Source: a virus (Duplodnaviria; Caudoviricetes). From it: a stretch of DNA of 55,324 nucleotides. How positions within the stretch are numbered: the stretch's first letter is position 1; each line of letters opens with the position of its first letter. This document shows positions 7,130-16,345 of this stretch, piece after piece. The notes under the pieces are model-generated. The model did not search any database, was not told the origin of the DNA, and saw nothing but the letters and a program-made list of their open reading frames with translations. The position numbers were made by a program, and so were the translations under genes. The stretch spans positions 1 through 55,324 of the IMG/VR virus record IMGVR_UViG_3300030419_002654; one strand, given 5' to 3'.

Positions 7130-8176
7130 ATGGCTGGATTATTATACCAGGGTGATTGGTTAAATCACCATACCAAGATGATCAGCGAAGGATTTAAAGT
7201 TGATCATATCATAGCAGACGTACCTTCGTTCGAAGGAAGATGGCTTGGACTACATGGACCACAAGGTCATGGTACTATTAGAGACTTAGTATCAGCAACG
7301 TGTGTCGCAGCTGAAAAGATGATTGACAATGCAGACGGAACATTAACTATTTCGTGTACTGGTATTGCTCAAGAAAAATTAAACGAATGGGTTAGCACTC
7401 AAGGAGATGACGGTTGGGAATTAATACCTGACAGTACATACGCAATGTTTAGACCTTATATTAGGCTAACAGAATCTAACAAACATTTTTGGGGAAGGAG
7501 AGACGACTGGACTTTCGTACAAACATTTAGAAAGAAAGGTTCATCAGTGACTTTAAATAGAGCTGGATGGCCAGGAAGTACAGCACACGCTAACGCATTT
7601 GATGACTTTCCAATGCCAGCATCAATGAATGATGTTGAAATGTCAGCTTTCAGATCACCATATCATAAAGGTGAGCATGCAGCTAAAGAAAGACAGAAGT
7701 GGTTAGGTAAGCACGGTATCTCTTATGAAGAGGTAGAAAGACTTGACGGAGTTAAAGTTGTAAGTCAATTAGGTTCAGGTGCTCACTTCACTGATGGATA
7801 TATTGTACAGTTTAGTACAGATCCAAAAGACTGGTATCACATTACAAAAAGAATAACACAAATAATGGAGCTTGGTCTTACTACACAGATTAAAGAAATG
7901 TTTGAGAACAATACTCACAGAGGTTGTAGACAATTAGCAGGTGGTAATCATAAACACGTTATGTTTTCTATGTTCCAACTTGCTATTCATACAAAGAAAG
8001 GTGATAAAGTGTTAGATCCTTTCTGCGGAATGGGATCAATGGGAGCAGCATGTGCTATAATGGGAAGAGACTTTGTCGGTGTTGAAATGAACAAGACAAG
8101 AAAAGACATTGCACAGAATGCATTTGACGAACTACTACTACAGGCAAATATAGAGAACGGAGTCTCTGGAAGTTGA
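7130..8176 (+). CDS. N6A/N4C DNA methyltransferase-like protein (beta arrangement), degenerate catalytic motif
   Basis: C-terminal SAM motif GDKVLDPFCGMGS...GRDFVGVE; N-terminal VDHIIADVPSF where DPPY is expected. Confidence 0.75.
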   Translation: MAGLLYQGDWLNHHTKMISEGFKVDHIIADVPSFEGRWLGLHGPQGHGTIRDLVSATCVAAEKMIDNADGTLTISCTGIAQEKLNEWVSTQGDDGWELIPDSTYAMFRPYIRLTESNKHFWGRRDDWTFVQTFRKKGSSVTLNRAGWPGSTAHANAFDDFPMPASMNDVEMSAFRSPYHKGEHAAKERQKWLGKHGISYEEVERLDGVKVVSQLGSGAHFTDGYIVQFSTDPKDWYHITKRITQIMELGLTTQIKEMFENNTHRGCRQLAGGNHKHVMFSMFQLAIHTKKGDKVLDPFCGMGSMGAACAIMGRDFVGVEMNKTRKDIAQNAFDELLLQANIENGVSGS

Positions 8177-8201
8177 CTTTAGTTAGTAAATAAAGTATAA
8201 T
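8173..8201 (+). promoter_or_regulatory. promoter TTGACT-N17-TATAAT
   Basis: consensus; directly upstream of bS21. Confidence 0.8.
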
Positions 8202-8213
8202 ATACATTACATT

Positions 8214-8450
8214 ATGCCAAGAGTGACACCAAAATACAAACAAGAACCGTTTGATAAAATGTTAAGGCGCTTTCGCAACCAATGCGAACGCGCTGGCATT
8301 GTTAAGCGCGTACGTGAAAAAGAATTCTACGTTAAACCTAATCAAAAGAAACACAAAAAGAATCAAGAGATAAAACGCACTCGCGAGAACAACGCTCGTA
8401 AAGAATTAGCAGCAGAACAAAGAAGAAGACAACAATCGCATTGGAGATAG
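8214..8450 (+). CDS. rpsU: ribosomal protein bS21
   Basis: EPFDKMLRRFRNQCERAGIV...REKEFYVKP matches the S21 signature. Confidence 0.9.
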   Translation: MPRVTPKYKQEPFDKMLRRFRNQCERAGIVKRVREKEFYVKPNQKKHKKNQEIKRTRENNARKELAAEQRRRQQSHWR

Positions 8451-8451
8451 T

Positions 8452-9090
8452 ATGGTAAAAATATTTGAAGAAGATAAGCCTCATCTATCAGGACGATCTG
8501 ATATATTAAATGACGTCAACAAGGATGAGAATTTAAACCAATCACTAGAAAGTTCAAGAGGAACACAAAGAAAAAGCTACGGATACTTTCTAGCAATACA
8601 AAACTTCTTTGAGACCCAACAAGAGATACATGATCTATGGCAAAAGAATAGAGAGATGGTAGACTACATTGCTAACGAAGTTGGTTATTGGAATGAAGAA
8701 ACTCTAAACTTTAATATAGATTGGAATGATTATACATTCCATTCGCTCGAAGGATTCGAAGCTGACATTAAAGATAACCCTAAGCCAGTACATTCAATAC
8801 ATGCAAGAAATTTAGGACAGACTTGTGCTAAGTGGACTGCTATTGTTAACTGTAGTGGTAGAGATGACATTCAAGGCGGAGAATTAATTTTTAGAGATTG
8901 GAAAGATCCAGCAAGAAGAGATAACTATGGCAAGGCAGTAGGTGATGATGAAACCTGTCAACCACAATGGATTAATGAACTAGGAACATTAATAATATTT
9001 CCTAGTATAGGAGCTCACGGTCACCAGCTAGTAGTATCAGGTGGCTTTAGAAGAGTGCAATTAGATTTTAAAGGACCTTCATTCAAATGA
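8452..9090 (+). CDS. 2OG-Fe(II) oxygenase-like protein
   Basis: GGELIF...GTLIIFPS...HG..LV.SG.R C-terminal pattern. Confidence 0.65.
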   Translation: MVKIFEEDKPHLSGRSDILNDVNKDENLNQSLESSRGTQRKSYGYFLAIQNFFETQQEIHDLWQKNREMVDYIANEVGYWNEETLNFNIDWNDYTFHSLEGFEADIKDNPKPVHSIHARNLGQTCAKWTAIVNCSGRDDIQGGELIFRDWKDPARRDNYGKAVGDDETCQPQWINELGTLIIFPSIGAHGHQLVVSGGFRRVQLDFKGPSFK

Positions 9091-9257
9091 TAAACATAAA
9101 CATAGACGTACCACTAACTATAGAAGATCAAGATGCATTACAAGAACTTTATGTTCGCCAAGGTGATGGATTGACCTTTGGTGAGTTTTGTAAGAAAATA
9201 CTTCAGCAAGAAATTCGCTGGGCATTAGATAATAGTATAAAACATGGGACAACATAG
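9087..9257 (+). CDS. small hypothetical protein (56 aa)
   Basis: ATGA coupling; fills the intergenic gap. Confidence 0.5.
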   Translation: MININIDVPLTIEDQDALQELYVRQGDGLTFGEFCKKILQQEIRWALDNSIKHGTT

Positions 9258-9558
9258 AGACAAGGTAGAATACCAAGCACTTAAACTAGATGCAGAAGAG
9301 TGGGCTAAAGGTATTAAACAAATACACGTACATCAATTAACTTCTTTATGGTATGAAACTAAAGAGAGCATTAAGGACCTAGAAGAAGGTCATGTCACAG
9401 ACACAATATATAATGATGGCCGTATAGAGAGATCTCAAAACGGCAAAGTAATTAGAACTTTCGGTGATGTGCTAACAGGAGAAGACTTAGTACACGAGTA
9501 TGGAAAGTATAATTTAGTTGGTAAAAACTGGGCTCAATTGTATGACGTCACCACCTGA
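9244..9558 (+). CDS. hypothetical phage protein
   Basis: 104-aa ORF in operon. Confidence 0.65.
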   Translation: MGQHRDKVEYQALKLDAEEWAKGIKQIHVHQLTSLWYETKESIKDLEEGHVTDTIYNDGRIERSQNGKVIRTFGDVLTGEDLVHEYGKYNLVGKNWAQLYDVTT

Positions 9559-10156
9559 AGTATTAGATAATTGCATTTATATTTTTAAAAACCTTCTTAC
9601 AGAACAAGAGTGTGATGAGATAATACAGCACTTTGATTCAATACAATCTAAACAAGCAACAGTTGTTGATTATAATTTTACAAACAACAAAGGAAACACT
9701 TCCCACACCGACCGTCAAGACCATTCATACAGAAAAGGTTCAGTAAAGTTTTCAAAAGATATTCCTAATGTAGAAAAAGCATTAATGGCAATGGAGTTCG
9801 TTGCTAGTGACACAGGTATAGTATTAACTCAAGATATGGTTGACTTTCAATTAGGAATATATGATAATGTAGGTGATTACTTTAGTTGGCATCCAGATCA
9901 TAAAGTGCAAGCAGCTACGTTTTATCAACAAGTTAGAAAGCTCTCTGCATCATTACAACTTACTGATCCTACAGAGTATCAAGGATGTGAATTGCAAGTA
10001 AGAACAGAAGAAGTGTCTGGTAGAAGTTATACGTGCTCTAAGAAGAAAGGAGACTTTATAGTATTTCCTTCTTGGCTAAGTCACAGAGTAACAAAGTTAG
10101 AAAGCGGACACAGAGATTCATTAGTGTTATGGTACAAAGGACCTGAATCAAGATGA
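9542..10156 (+). CDS. 2OG-Fe(II) oxygenase (prolyl-hydroxylase/PKHD type)
   Basis: WHPD, RKLSASLQL, YQGCEL, FPSWLSHRVT, R.SLVLW. Confidence 0.9.
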   Translation: MTSPPEVLDNCIYIFKNLLTEQECDEIIQHFDSIQSKQATVVDYNFTNNKGNTSHTDRQDHSYRKGSVKFSKDIPNVEKALMAMEFVASDTGIVLTQDMVDFQLGIYDNVGDYFSWHPDHKVQAATFYQQVRKLSASLQLTDPTEYQGCELQVRTEEVSGRSYTCSKKKGDFIVFPSWLSHRVTKLESGHRDSLVLWYKGPESR

Positions 10157-10563
10157 CAAGAATTAATATAATACCAACATCAGAGTTAGCAGACCAACAT
10201 TTGGTTGCTGAGTATAGAGAACTATTCATGGTTGGTAGTGCATTAGTAAGAACTCTCAAATCTAAAAATGCTGCTAAAACACTCAGTTCGCTACCAGAAA
10301 AATACACATTAAACACTGGACACGTAAAATTCTTTTACAATAAAGGCAAATACCTCCATAAAAGATACAAAGAACTTATTGCTGAAATGAAAGCAAGAGG
10401 TATGAATCCAGATCCGGAACGCAAGTTTAAAAGAGAACAATGGCCAGACATTTTATATAATGATTGGACACCTTCACCAGAAGAACAATTGATAGTTCGT
10501 CAAAGAATTCAAGAGCGAATTGACCAGAAACCTGACTGGTATAGATGGACAAAAACAAGTTGA
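10153..10563 (+). CDS. denV: pyrimidine-dimer DNA glycosylase / endonuclease V
   Basis: MTRIN..., LADQHLVAEYREL, GHVKFFYNK and KPDWYR match T4 DenV. Confidence 0.95.
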   Translation: MTRINIIPTSELADQHLVAEYRELFMVGSALVRTLKSKNAAKTLSSLPEKYTLNTGHVKFFYNKGKYLHKRYKELIAEMKARGMNPDPERKFKREQWPDILYNDWTPSPEEQLIVRQRIQERIDQKPDWYRWTKTS

Positions 10564-10588
10564 CTTTCGTCAAGATTCAAGGTATAAT
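10560..10588 (+). promoter_or_regulatory. promoter TTGACT-N17-TATAAT
   Basis: consensus; followed by small hairpin AATGATCT-aaga-AGATCATT. Confidence 0.75.
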
Positions 10589-10656
10589 ATATAAGTACGA
10601 ATGATCTAAGAAGATCATTTAAAATTATAATTTAATTTAATAAATTTAAGGAAACT

Positions 10657-10836
10657 ATGACCACTACTGCGCTTCGGGCAGTGAAGTTCGTAGGAAGTAG
10701 AATTGACAAATTTAGAGATAATCAATCCTTAAGCGATTTCGGAAAGAGCGTTGAAGAAGTACTAAAATTCGGGCTATACCTATTCGGACCGATCCTGCTC
10801 CCATGGCTAATAATATATCTTGAAGGTCTTAACTAA
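10657..10836 (+). CDS. small membrane protein (59 aa)
   Basis: RBS AAGGA; C-terminal hydrophobic helix; translated by hand. Confidence 0.55.
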   Translation: MTTTALRAVKFVGSRIDKFRDNQSLSDFGKSVEEVLKFGLYLFGPILLPWLIIYLEGLN

Positions 10837-10854
10837 TAGTTGAGGGGGATAACT

Positions 10855-11115
10855 ATGAAAAAACTATTCGCAATAGCAGTTTGCTGCATGTTCGTTGGAA
10901 ACGTATTTGCCGACGATTGGAGAATGAAAAAATACGACATTAACAGTGACGGTTCAGTCACTCACCAAGAACTACTTGACAAAGGATGCAAATTAAGAGC
11001 AGGTCTCTTTAAGCATGCTGATAAAAGTGGTGACGGTGTCTTATCTCAAAAGGAGCTGAGAAAAGGTTCTACATATCTGTTAAGCAGATGCCCAAAGACT
11101 AGAATCAGAGGGTAA
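10855..11115 (+). CDS. secreted EF-hand protein
   Basis: signal peptide MKKLFAIAV..VFA; DINSDGSVTHQE and DKSGDGVLSQKE loops. Confidence 0.8.
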   Translation: MKKLFAIAVCCMFVGNVFADDWRMKKYDINSDGSVTHQELLDKGCKLRAGLFKHADKSGDGVLSQKELRKGSTYLLSRCPKTRIRG

Positions 11116-11214
11116 ATGAAACGCTATACGAACAGAGAAATACAAGAAGGGCTTGAACTAGCTTGTCTAATATCTCTGTTCGTATTAACAGTTGTATCAA
11201 TGGGACTTGCGTGA
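11116..11214 (+). CDS. small membrane peptide (32 aa)
   Basis: GAGGG RBS, hydrophobic C-terminus. Confidence 0.45.
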   Translation: MKRYTNREIQEGLELACLISLFVLTVVSMGLA

Positions 11215-11333
11215 AACTAGATGATATAGAAAACATCCATCCAATGAGACAGATTTTCTATGCGTCAATAATACAGGTTTGTGTATTTGGTTTTATGATG
11301 TTAGCCTTTTGGACCATAGATTTGTTTGTATAA
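11211..11333 (+). CDS. small membrane peptide (40 aa)
   Basis: GTGA coupling; hydrophobic helix. Confidence 0.45.
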   Translation: MKLDDIENIHPMRQIFYASIIQVCVFGFMMLAFWTIDLFV

Positions 11334-11336
11334 ATA
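11329..11336 (+). promoter_or_regulatory. T4-type late promoter TATAAATA
   Basis: exact gp55 consensus, 5 nt before ATG 11342. Confidence 0.75.
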
Positions 11337-11341
11337 CTTCT

Positions 11342-11686
11342 ATGGCGACTAGAAACTACATTCAAACAGCGGCACCTTATGCCACAATTAATTCAACATG
11401 CTTTGTTGCATCTATACAAAAAAGCAGAGTTGGACCTAAATTACTTATTCCTGTCTATATACCTCCAGGCAAAACAGTCCCATCTAAACAAAACGATATA
11501 ATGAGAATGATTGAGGGAATAGCTGCAACTGAGGACGGAACAAAACCACTTAGTGAGATTCATTCTGATGCCTTTGAAATGTCATTTGCCAAAGGAGAAA
11601 ACGGGTCATGTATAGATGGCGCGAGAGCAGATTATGAACACGCTCAATCAGAATTGGATGCAGAAGTAGAAACGGTGAGCTTCTAA
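11342..11686 (+). CDS. hypothetical late protein
   Basis: start re-assigned to ATG 11342 after the late promoter. Confidence 0.65.
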   Translation: MATRNYIQTAAPYATINSTCFVASIQKSRVGPKLLIPVYIPPGKTVPSKQNDIMRMIEGIAATEDGTKPLSEIHSDAFEMSFAKGENGSCIDGARADYEHAQSELDAEVETVSF

Positions 11687-12567
11687 TGGGTATTAGAAAC
11701 AGCGATCACGCAGCACAATATGGAGTATTAATTCACTCTTTGGAAGTTGCAGGACCACATGTGCAATGGACTGCTCCAATGGAACCAATACCTGGCACAA
11801 AGATATCAAGAACAGATTCAGGCTGGGTTAAGCAGCCATGGAGATGCATATTACAAGCAGGTGGATTAAGAGAATGCAAAGTAGCGTATGGTCCAGCTAA
11901 AGCTCAAGAGTTTAGAAATTTCTTAAACTCTACTCCAGCTCAAATGCACATGTCTAGTGAGTTTGGAAATGACTCTACAGGTTTAACACACGGCGCTCTT
12001 CAAAGATTGTTTACAATAAACAAAATAGACGGAAAGGCTGGGATCCCAGAAGCATATAAAGATAAGAAATACAGCGAGTTATTAGAATTTGATGACACAG
12101 ATTATACCGTGACATGGACTCAAGACTGGTCTTTGGGCGGTGATGGTGTAAAAGAAAGAATAAAGAGTTTAGGTATTTTAGATAAAAATAGCTTCTTCAA
12201 GAATCCAATGCCAGGCATCATTCCTAGTATGCCGTTACGTAATAGATGGAACGCAGACGATAAGGCAACTAACTGGGGAAGATCAAATCCATCTAACATT
12301 TTTTGTTGCACATTCTGGCCACATAATTTAACAACATACGATCAATTATATAAAAACTGGGGACAGTGTGGATACATTAAATTCACAGGCGAAGAGTTAG
12401 AGATTCCTAAAAGAGGAACAAAAGACATCATCTTCGTTTCTTCAGCAGTCACAAAAATGAATAAAGACTTTGAAATAGGTCCTGGAAGACCTTACGAGTT
12501 GAAGTCAGATAGAGTGACACTCACTGCTCCAAATTCCGCGATCATAATACATCTTTATCAGAAATAA
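11686..12567 (+). CDS. hypothetical protein
   Basis: 293-aa ORF coupled to the upstream gene. Confidence 0.75.
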   Translation: MGIRNSDHAAQYGVLIHSLEVAGPHVQWTAPMEPIPGTKISRTDSGWVKQPWRCILQAGGLRECKVAYGPAKAQEFRNFLNSTPAQMHMSSEFGNDSTGLTHGALQRLFTINKIDGKAGIPEAYKDKKYSELLEFDDTDYTVTWTQDWSLGGDGVKERIKSLGILDKNSFFKNPMPGIIPSMPLRNRWNADDKATNWGRSNPSNIFCCTFWPHNLTTYDQLYKNWGQCGYIKFTGEELEIPKRGTKDIIFVSSAVTKMNKDFEIGPGRPYELKSDRVTLTAPNSAIIIHLYQK

Positions 12568-12569
12568 AT

Positions 12570-12577
12570 TATAAATA
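12570..12577 (+). promoter_or_regulatory. T4-type late promoter TATAAATA heading the curli-like module
   Basis: exact consensus, 5 nt before ATG 12583. Confidence 0.8.
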
Positions 12578-12582
12578 CTCGC

Positions 12583-12876
12583 ATGAGTATTACACAATTT
12601 TTAAGTGAAGTTGGTATCCCTATTGGAAGTGCTGTAATAATGGCCTTCTTTATCTTCTTGACTTTAAAGTATATTTTGGAGTCTGTAAAGGGGCAGGTGT
12701 CCGCTCTAACCAACATTATAAACGGGTTAGAGAGTCGAGTGCGTATGATGAACAACGACATGATCAAGATTGACTTGCTAGTTTCAAGCGCGCTAGATTT
12801 AAGACCAGATATAGATAGAATAGCACGTACAGAAAATTTCGTTGAAGATGGAAGTATTGATGCTCGAAGGGATTAA
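12583..12876 (+). CDS. single-TM plus coiled-coil membrane protein (holin-like)
   Basis: VGIPI..TM then coiled coil RMMNNDMIKID; paralogous to the next gene. Confidence 0.7.
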   Translation: MSITQFLSEVGIPIGSAVIMAFFIFLTLKYILESVKGQVSALTNIINGLESRVRMMNNDMIKIDLLVSSALDLRPDIDRIARTENFVEDGSIDARRD

Positions 12877-13145
12877 TGGACAAGGTAGCACAACTAATAT
12901 CCGAGTTCGGATTTCCAGTAGTACTGGCACTCGGAATGGGCTACTTTATATACTTTGTATGGAAGTTTGTAACGCTTGAGTTAAAGCCTCAGCTAGGCAA
13001 ATCTTCCACTGAGCTGATCCGACTTCTGGATCAAATTAGAATGTTAGATAATGATTTGATTAGACTTCAACAGAAAGTTGATACTGTATTGGAGTATAAA
13101 GAGACGCAAGAGAAAAAAGCGTTAGAGGTAAAGAAGAAGAAATGA
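12876..13145 (+). CDS. single-TM plus coiled-coil membrane protein (holin-like)
   Basis: FGFPVV..TM then RMLDNDLIRLQ; basic C-terminus. Confidence 0.7.
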   Translation: MDKVAQLISEFGFPVVLALGMGYFIYFVWKFVTLELKPQLGKSSTELIRLLDQIRMLDNDLIRLQQKVDTVLEYKETQEKKALEVKKKK

Positions 13146-13654
13146 AAAGACTTTTAATATTATTACTATGTGCACCAATGGTCAATGCAGACATTGTGCA
13201 CAAATTCAAAAACCCATCCTTTAGTGGACAAGGCACTGGGGCGCATTATTTGACTATAGAGAACCAGGAATTCTCAAGAAAGAAAGCGATAGAAGAGGCT
13301 CTCGAGGCAGCTCGTAAAGCAGCAGAAAGAGAAGCTAACAATACAACTCTGGCAAAATTCATCAGAAATTTAGAGAGCAGGATCTATGCACAAATGGCAA
13401 AGCAATTAGTCGAGTCAATGTTCTCTAACGATACAGCAGCAAGTTATGGGTCATTTATATTAGAAGGATCCACAGTCACCTGGCAAGTAATAACAGGTGA
13501 AGACGGAACAGATTATATCCGTTTAACAATTGTTGCAGAAGATGGTACAACAACAGAAATAGAGATACCTGTAGGAACAGGATACTTTGGAGGAGATGTA
13601 GATGATAGCGGCGGTTCGAGCGACGGCGGCGGTGGTTCTGACGGCGGTTCTTAG
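13142..13654 (+). CDS. csgF: curli assembly protein CsgF-like
   Basis: signal peptide, then HKFKNPSFSG (cf. F.F.NP.FGG), FIRNLESRIYAQMAKQL, GTTTEIEIP. Confidence 0.85.
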   Translation: MKRLLILLLCAPMVNADIVHKFKNPSFSGQGTGAHYLTIENQEFSRKKAIEEALEAARKAAEREANNTTLAKFIRNLESRIYAQMAKQLVESMFSNDTAASYGSFILEGSTVTWQVITGEDGTDYIRLTIVAEDGTTTEIEIPVGTGYFGGDVDDSGGSSDGGGGSDGGS

Positions 13655-14498
13655 TAGCTGCGCTTCAATACCACAGTGGTCAGACAATCCACAAGATTGC
13701 ACACCAGATCCAGTAGTAGACGTAGTCACTGCTGTTAAGTATCCGTTTAAAAGAAACTATATCTGTGTTAATGAACCAGAGGTAGTTAAACTACCATCAT
13801 ACATTCAATTATTAGAACTACCACCAGCAGAAACTAAGCCGGTAGTTGCAGTATATAAATTTTTAGACAAGACAGGACAAAGAAAAGAAGCTCCAAATAT
13901 TGCATTGTTTTCAACAGCAGTGACACAAGGTGGAGTTGAAATGTTAATAGATGCTCTAAAGACAGCAGGTGGAGGTACCTGGTTTAGAGTAGTAGAAAGA
14001 CAAGGGATTGATCATCTAGTTAGAGAAAGGCAGATCATTAGAAGTGCAAGAGATGAAGCTGCTAAGAAACTAGGTGAAGAATCTAAAGGGGTTGGCCCAC
14101 TGTTATTCGCAGGAATAATAATTGAGGGCGGCGTAATAGGTTATGATAGTAATGTCAGAACGGGAGGACGTGGAGCACGTTATCTCGGAATTGGCAGAAC
14201 GAAGCAATATCGAGAAGATGTTGTTACAGTTTCATTAAGAGCAGTTTCTGTTCTTAGTGGAGAAGTTTTATTAAACGTCCAGAGTACAAAGACTATTCTA
14301 AGTTATGGATCCAGCGGTGATATTTTTAGATTTATTGAGCAGGGTACAAGATTAGTTGAGTATGAGGATGGTGTCGGTAATAATGAGTCAGTGACATACG
14401 CAGTACGAACAGCAATTGAAGCTGCAGTACTGGAATTAGTATACCAGGGCGACGAACGTGGCTTCTGGACAATTAAAGAGGAAAATGAAAATGAATAA
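13602..14498 (+). CDS. csgG: curli secretion channel CsgG (lipoprotein)
   Basis: lipobox LSSC; VAVYKFLDKTGQRK, FSTAVTQG, WFRVVERQG, ERQIIR, IIEGGVIGYDSN. Confidence 0.92.
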   Translation: MIAAVRATAAVVLTAVLSSCASIPQWSDNPQDCTPDPVVDVVTAVKYPFKRNYICVNEPEVVKLPSYIQLLELPPAETKPVVAVYKFLDKTGQRKEAPNIALFSTAVTQGGVEMLIDALKTAGGGTWFRVVERQGIDHLVRERQIIRSARDEAAKKLGEESKGVGPLLFAGIIIEGGVIGYDSNVRTGGRGARYLGIGRTKQYREDVVTVSLRAVSVLSGEVLLNVQSTKTILSYGSSGDIFRFIEQGTRLVEYEDGVGNNESVTYAVRTAIEAAVLELVYQGDERGFWTIKEENENE

Positions 14499-15219
14499 AT
14501 TTATATTAGGCCTAAGTTTAATCATGTTTCCATTCTTTACATATGCTGCTGCCACTGATGATAACGAAATTAATATAGACCAAGTTGGTGACACTCTTGT
14601 TCTATACATTGACCAAATCGGTTATGGTAACAAAATGGGACTGAATAACTTTTCAAGTGGTTCAAGTGCTATGCCAATAACTGGTTCGTCTTTAACCTTC
14701 AATATCGATCAGATTGGTAATGAAAATTTGCTTTATGGAGAGGTTACAGCGGATAGTTCATCTTACACTTTAGAGTGGAATGGTGATTCTAACGTATGGG
14801 ACTGGATGATTGGTGATTCAGGTAGTTCAGATAACTCGAACTTCCTAGTAGACATCACTGGTGATTCCAATACTATGGATCTCGACCAAGGGACAAATTT
14901 ATCAGCTGAAAGATTGGATCTTGATTTAACCGTCATAGGTGACTCAAACGTATTTGATGTAGACATTGACGTAGATGATGCTGTTTGGAACATGGACATT
15001 ACAGGTGGTTCAAACAACATAAACACAATGCAGAAAGATGGAGCTGAACAAGAAATTAATTTAACACTTGTTGGTTCTTCTGCTGATGTTGATATCAACC
15101 AAATGAGTGGAACATGCCCTCAAGGTATTTCTACTTGTAATGGTATCATAACATTAGACATTGATTCAGAAAATGCTACTATTCAAATCAATCAGAAAGA
15201 CGCTACTAACGACAGTTAG
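14491..15219 (+). CDS. curlin-repeat secreted protein (CsgA/B-like)
   Basis: signal peptide; repeated I.Q.G..N / I.GDSN beta-arc units. Confidence 0.75.
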   Translation: MNKFILGLSLIMFPFFTYAAATDDNEINIDQVGDTLVLYIDQIGYGNKMGLNNFSSGSSAMPITGSSLTFNIDQIGNENLLYGEVTADSSSYTLEWNGDSNVWDWMIGDSGSSDNSNFLVDITGDSNTMDLDQGTNLSAERLDLDLTVIGDSNVFDVDIDVDDAVWNMDITGGSNNINTMQKDGAEQEINLTLVGSSADVDINQMSGTCPQGISTCNGIITLDIDSENATIQINQKDATNDS

Positions 15220-16327
15220 TGTTGCAACGATAACTGTGGGTTCGCTCTATGCGAGTGAGCCCATAGGTTCTATCACCGAACACAAAGGTGAAGCATACCT
15301 TACAAGAGACTTAGACGAAACACCAATAGCAGTTGGTGATGTTATTCCTGAGGTGTTATTAAACGACACAGCAGAAACAAAAGACGGAAGGATGCTAATT
15401 AAGTTTTTAGATGATGCACAATTAGATATGACTGAATGGACAAAAGCATATCTTGACAAAGTATATTATGACCCAGATCCAAGTAAGTCTAAAATGACAA
15501 TGCGTTTCGTTCAAGGAACAGCAAGATTTACTTCAGGTAGATTAGGAATGGTTCCTAAAAAGAACATTGATCTATCAACACCAACAGCACAGATAGCAGT
15601 TAGAGGAACAGACTTCACAACTACAATTGATGAGTTGGGGAGAACATTAGTTATATTATTACCAGACAAGTGGGGAGGCCCATCAGGAGTTATAGATGTT
15701 TTTAATGATGGTGGATCAATAACTTTAGACCAAGCATATCAAGCTACAATGGTTTCCAGTTTCGATTCTCCACCAACACCACCAGTAACAATAGCGAACT
15801 TAACTATTAGTATGATCGATAATATGTTTATTGTCAATCCTCCAAACGAAGTTAAGAAAGCAATACAAGAACAAGTAGCAGATGACTTAGAACAAGATAA
15901 AGGAATTTTAGATGTAGACTTTTTAGAGTTTAATGAGTTAGAAGGAGATGCAGGATTATCAAATGATGCACTAGATGAGTTTAGTGAGTTAGATATTGAT
16001 GCATTAAATGTTGACTTCTTACCAGACTTATTAGATGTTGTAGAAGAGTTAGTTAGAACGACAGCTAAGTTAGAAGATAAACAAGCTGGCCAGGTAGGTA
16101 CATTTAATTTAGATGGAGCTACTGGAGGCTTTAATAAAGATTCACAATATAATATCTTTGAACAAGATGGAGATATTGTATTCTTCAGAGATGTTAATGG
16201 TACGATTAGATTACAATTTGCAACGGACGCATCTGTAAGATTAGATACCTTTACAGAAACATACGAAGGAACTATATTATTAAATGGTGGTGACGATATT
16301 TTAATTGTCATTACTCAAAGGAACTAA
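15161..16327 (+). CDS. FecR-domain secreted protein
   Basis: D.AET..GRM.I.F.DD, STPTAQIAVRGTDF typical of FecR domains; acidic C-terminal part. Confidence 0.8.
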   Translation: MIQKMLLFKSIRKTLLTTVSVATITVGSLYASEPIGSITEHKGEAYLTRDLDETPIAVGDVIPEVLLNDTAETKDGRMLIKFLDDAQLDMTEWTKAYLDKVYYDPDPSKSKMTMRFVQGTARFTSGRLGMVPKKNIDLSTPTAQIAVRGTDFTTTIDELGRTLVILLPDKWGGPSGVIDVFNDGGSITLDQAYQATMVSSFDSPPTPPVTIANLTISMIDNMFIVNPPNEVKKAIQEQVADDLEQDKGILDVDFLEFNELEGDAGLSNDALDEFSELDIDALNVDFLPDLLDVVEELVRTTAKLEDKQAGQVGTFNLDGATGGFNKDSQYNIFEQDGDIVFFRDVNGTIRLQFATDASVRLDTFTETYEGTILLNGGDDILIVITQRN

Positions 16328-16345
16328 ATATAACAGAGGTACAAA

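Noticed and set aside
14763-16311. Minus-strand ORFs opposite the curlin and FecR genes (and similar ones opposite the tape measure, gp5, gp6, gp7 and gp8)
   Set aside because: Antisense shadows of well-supported genes, with Ser-rich composition and no RBS.
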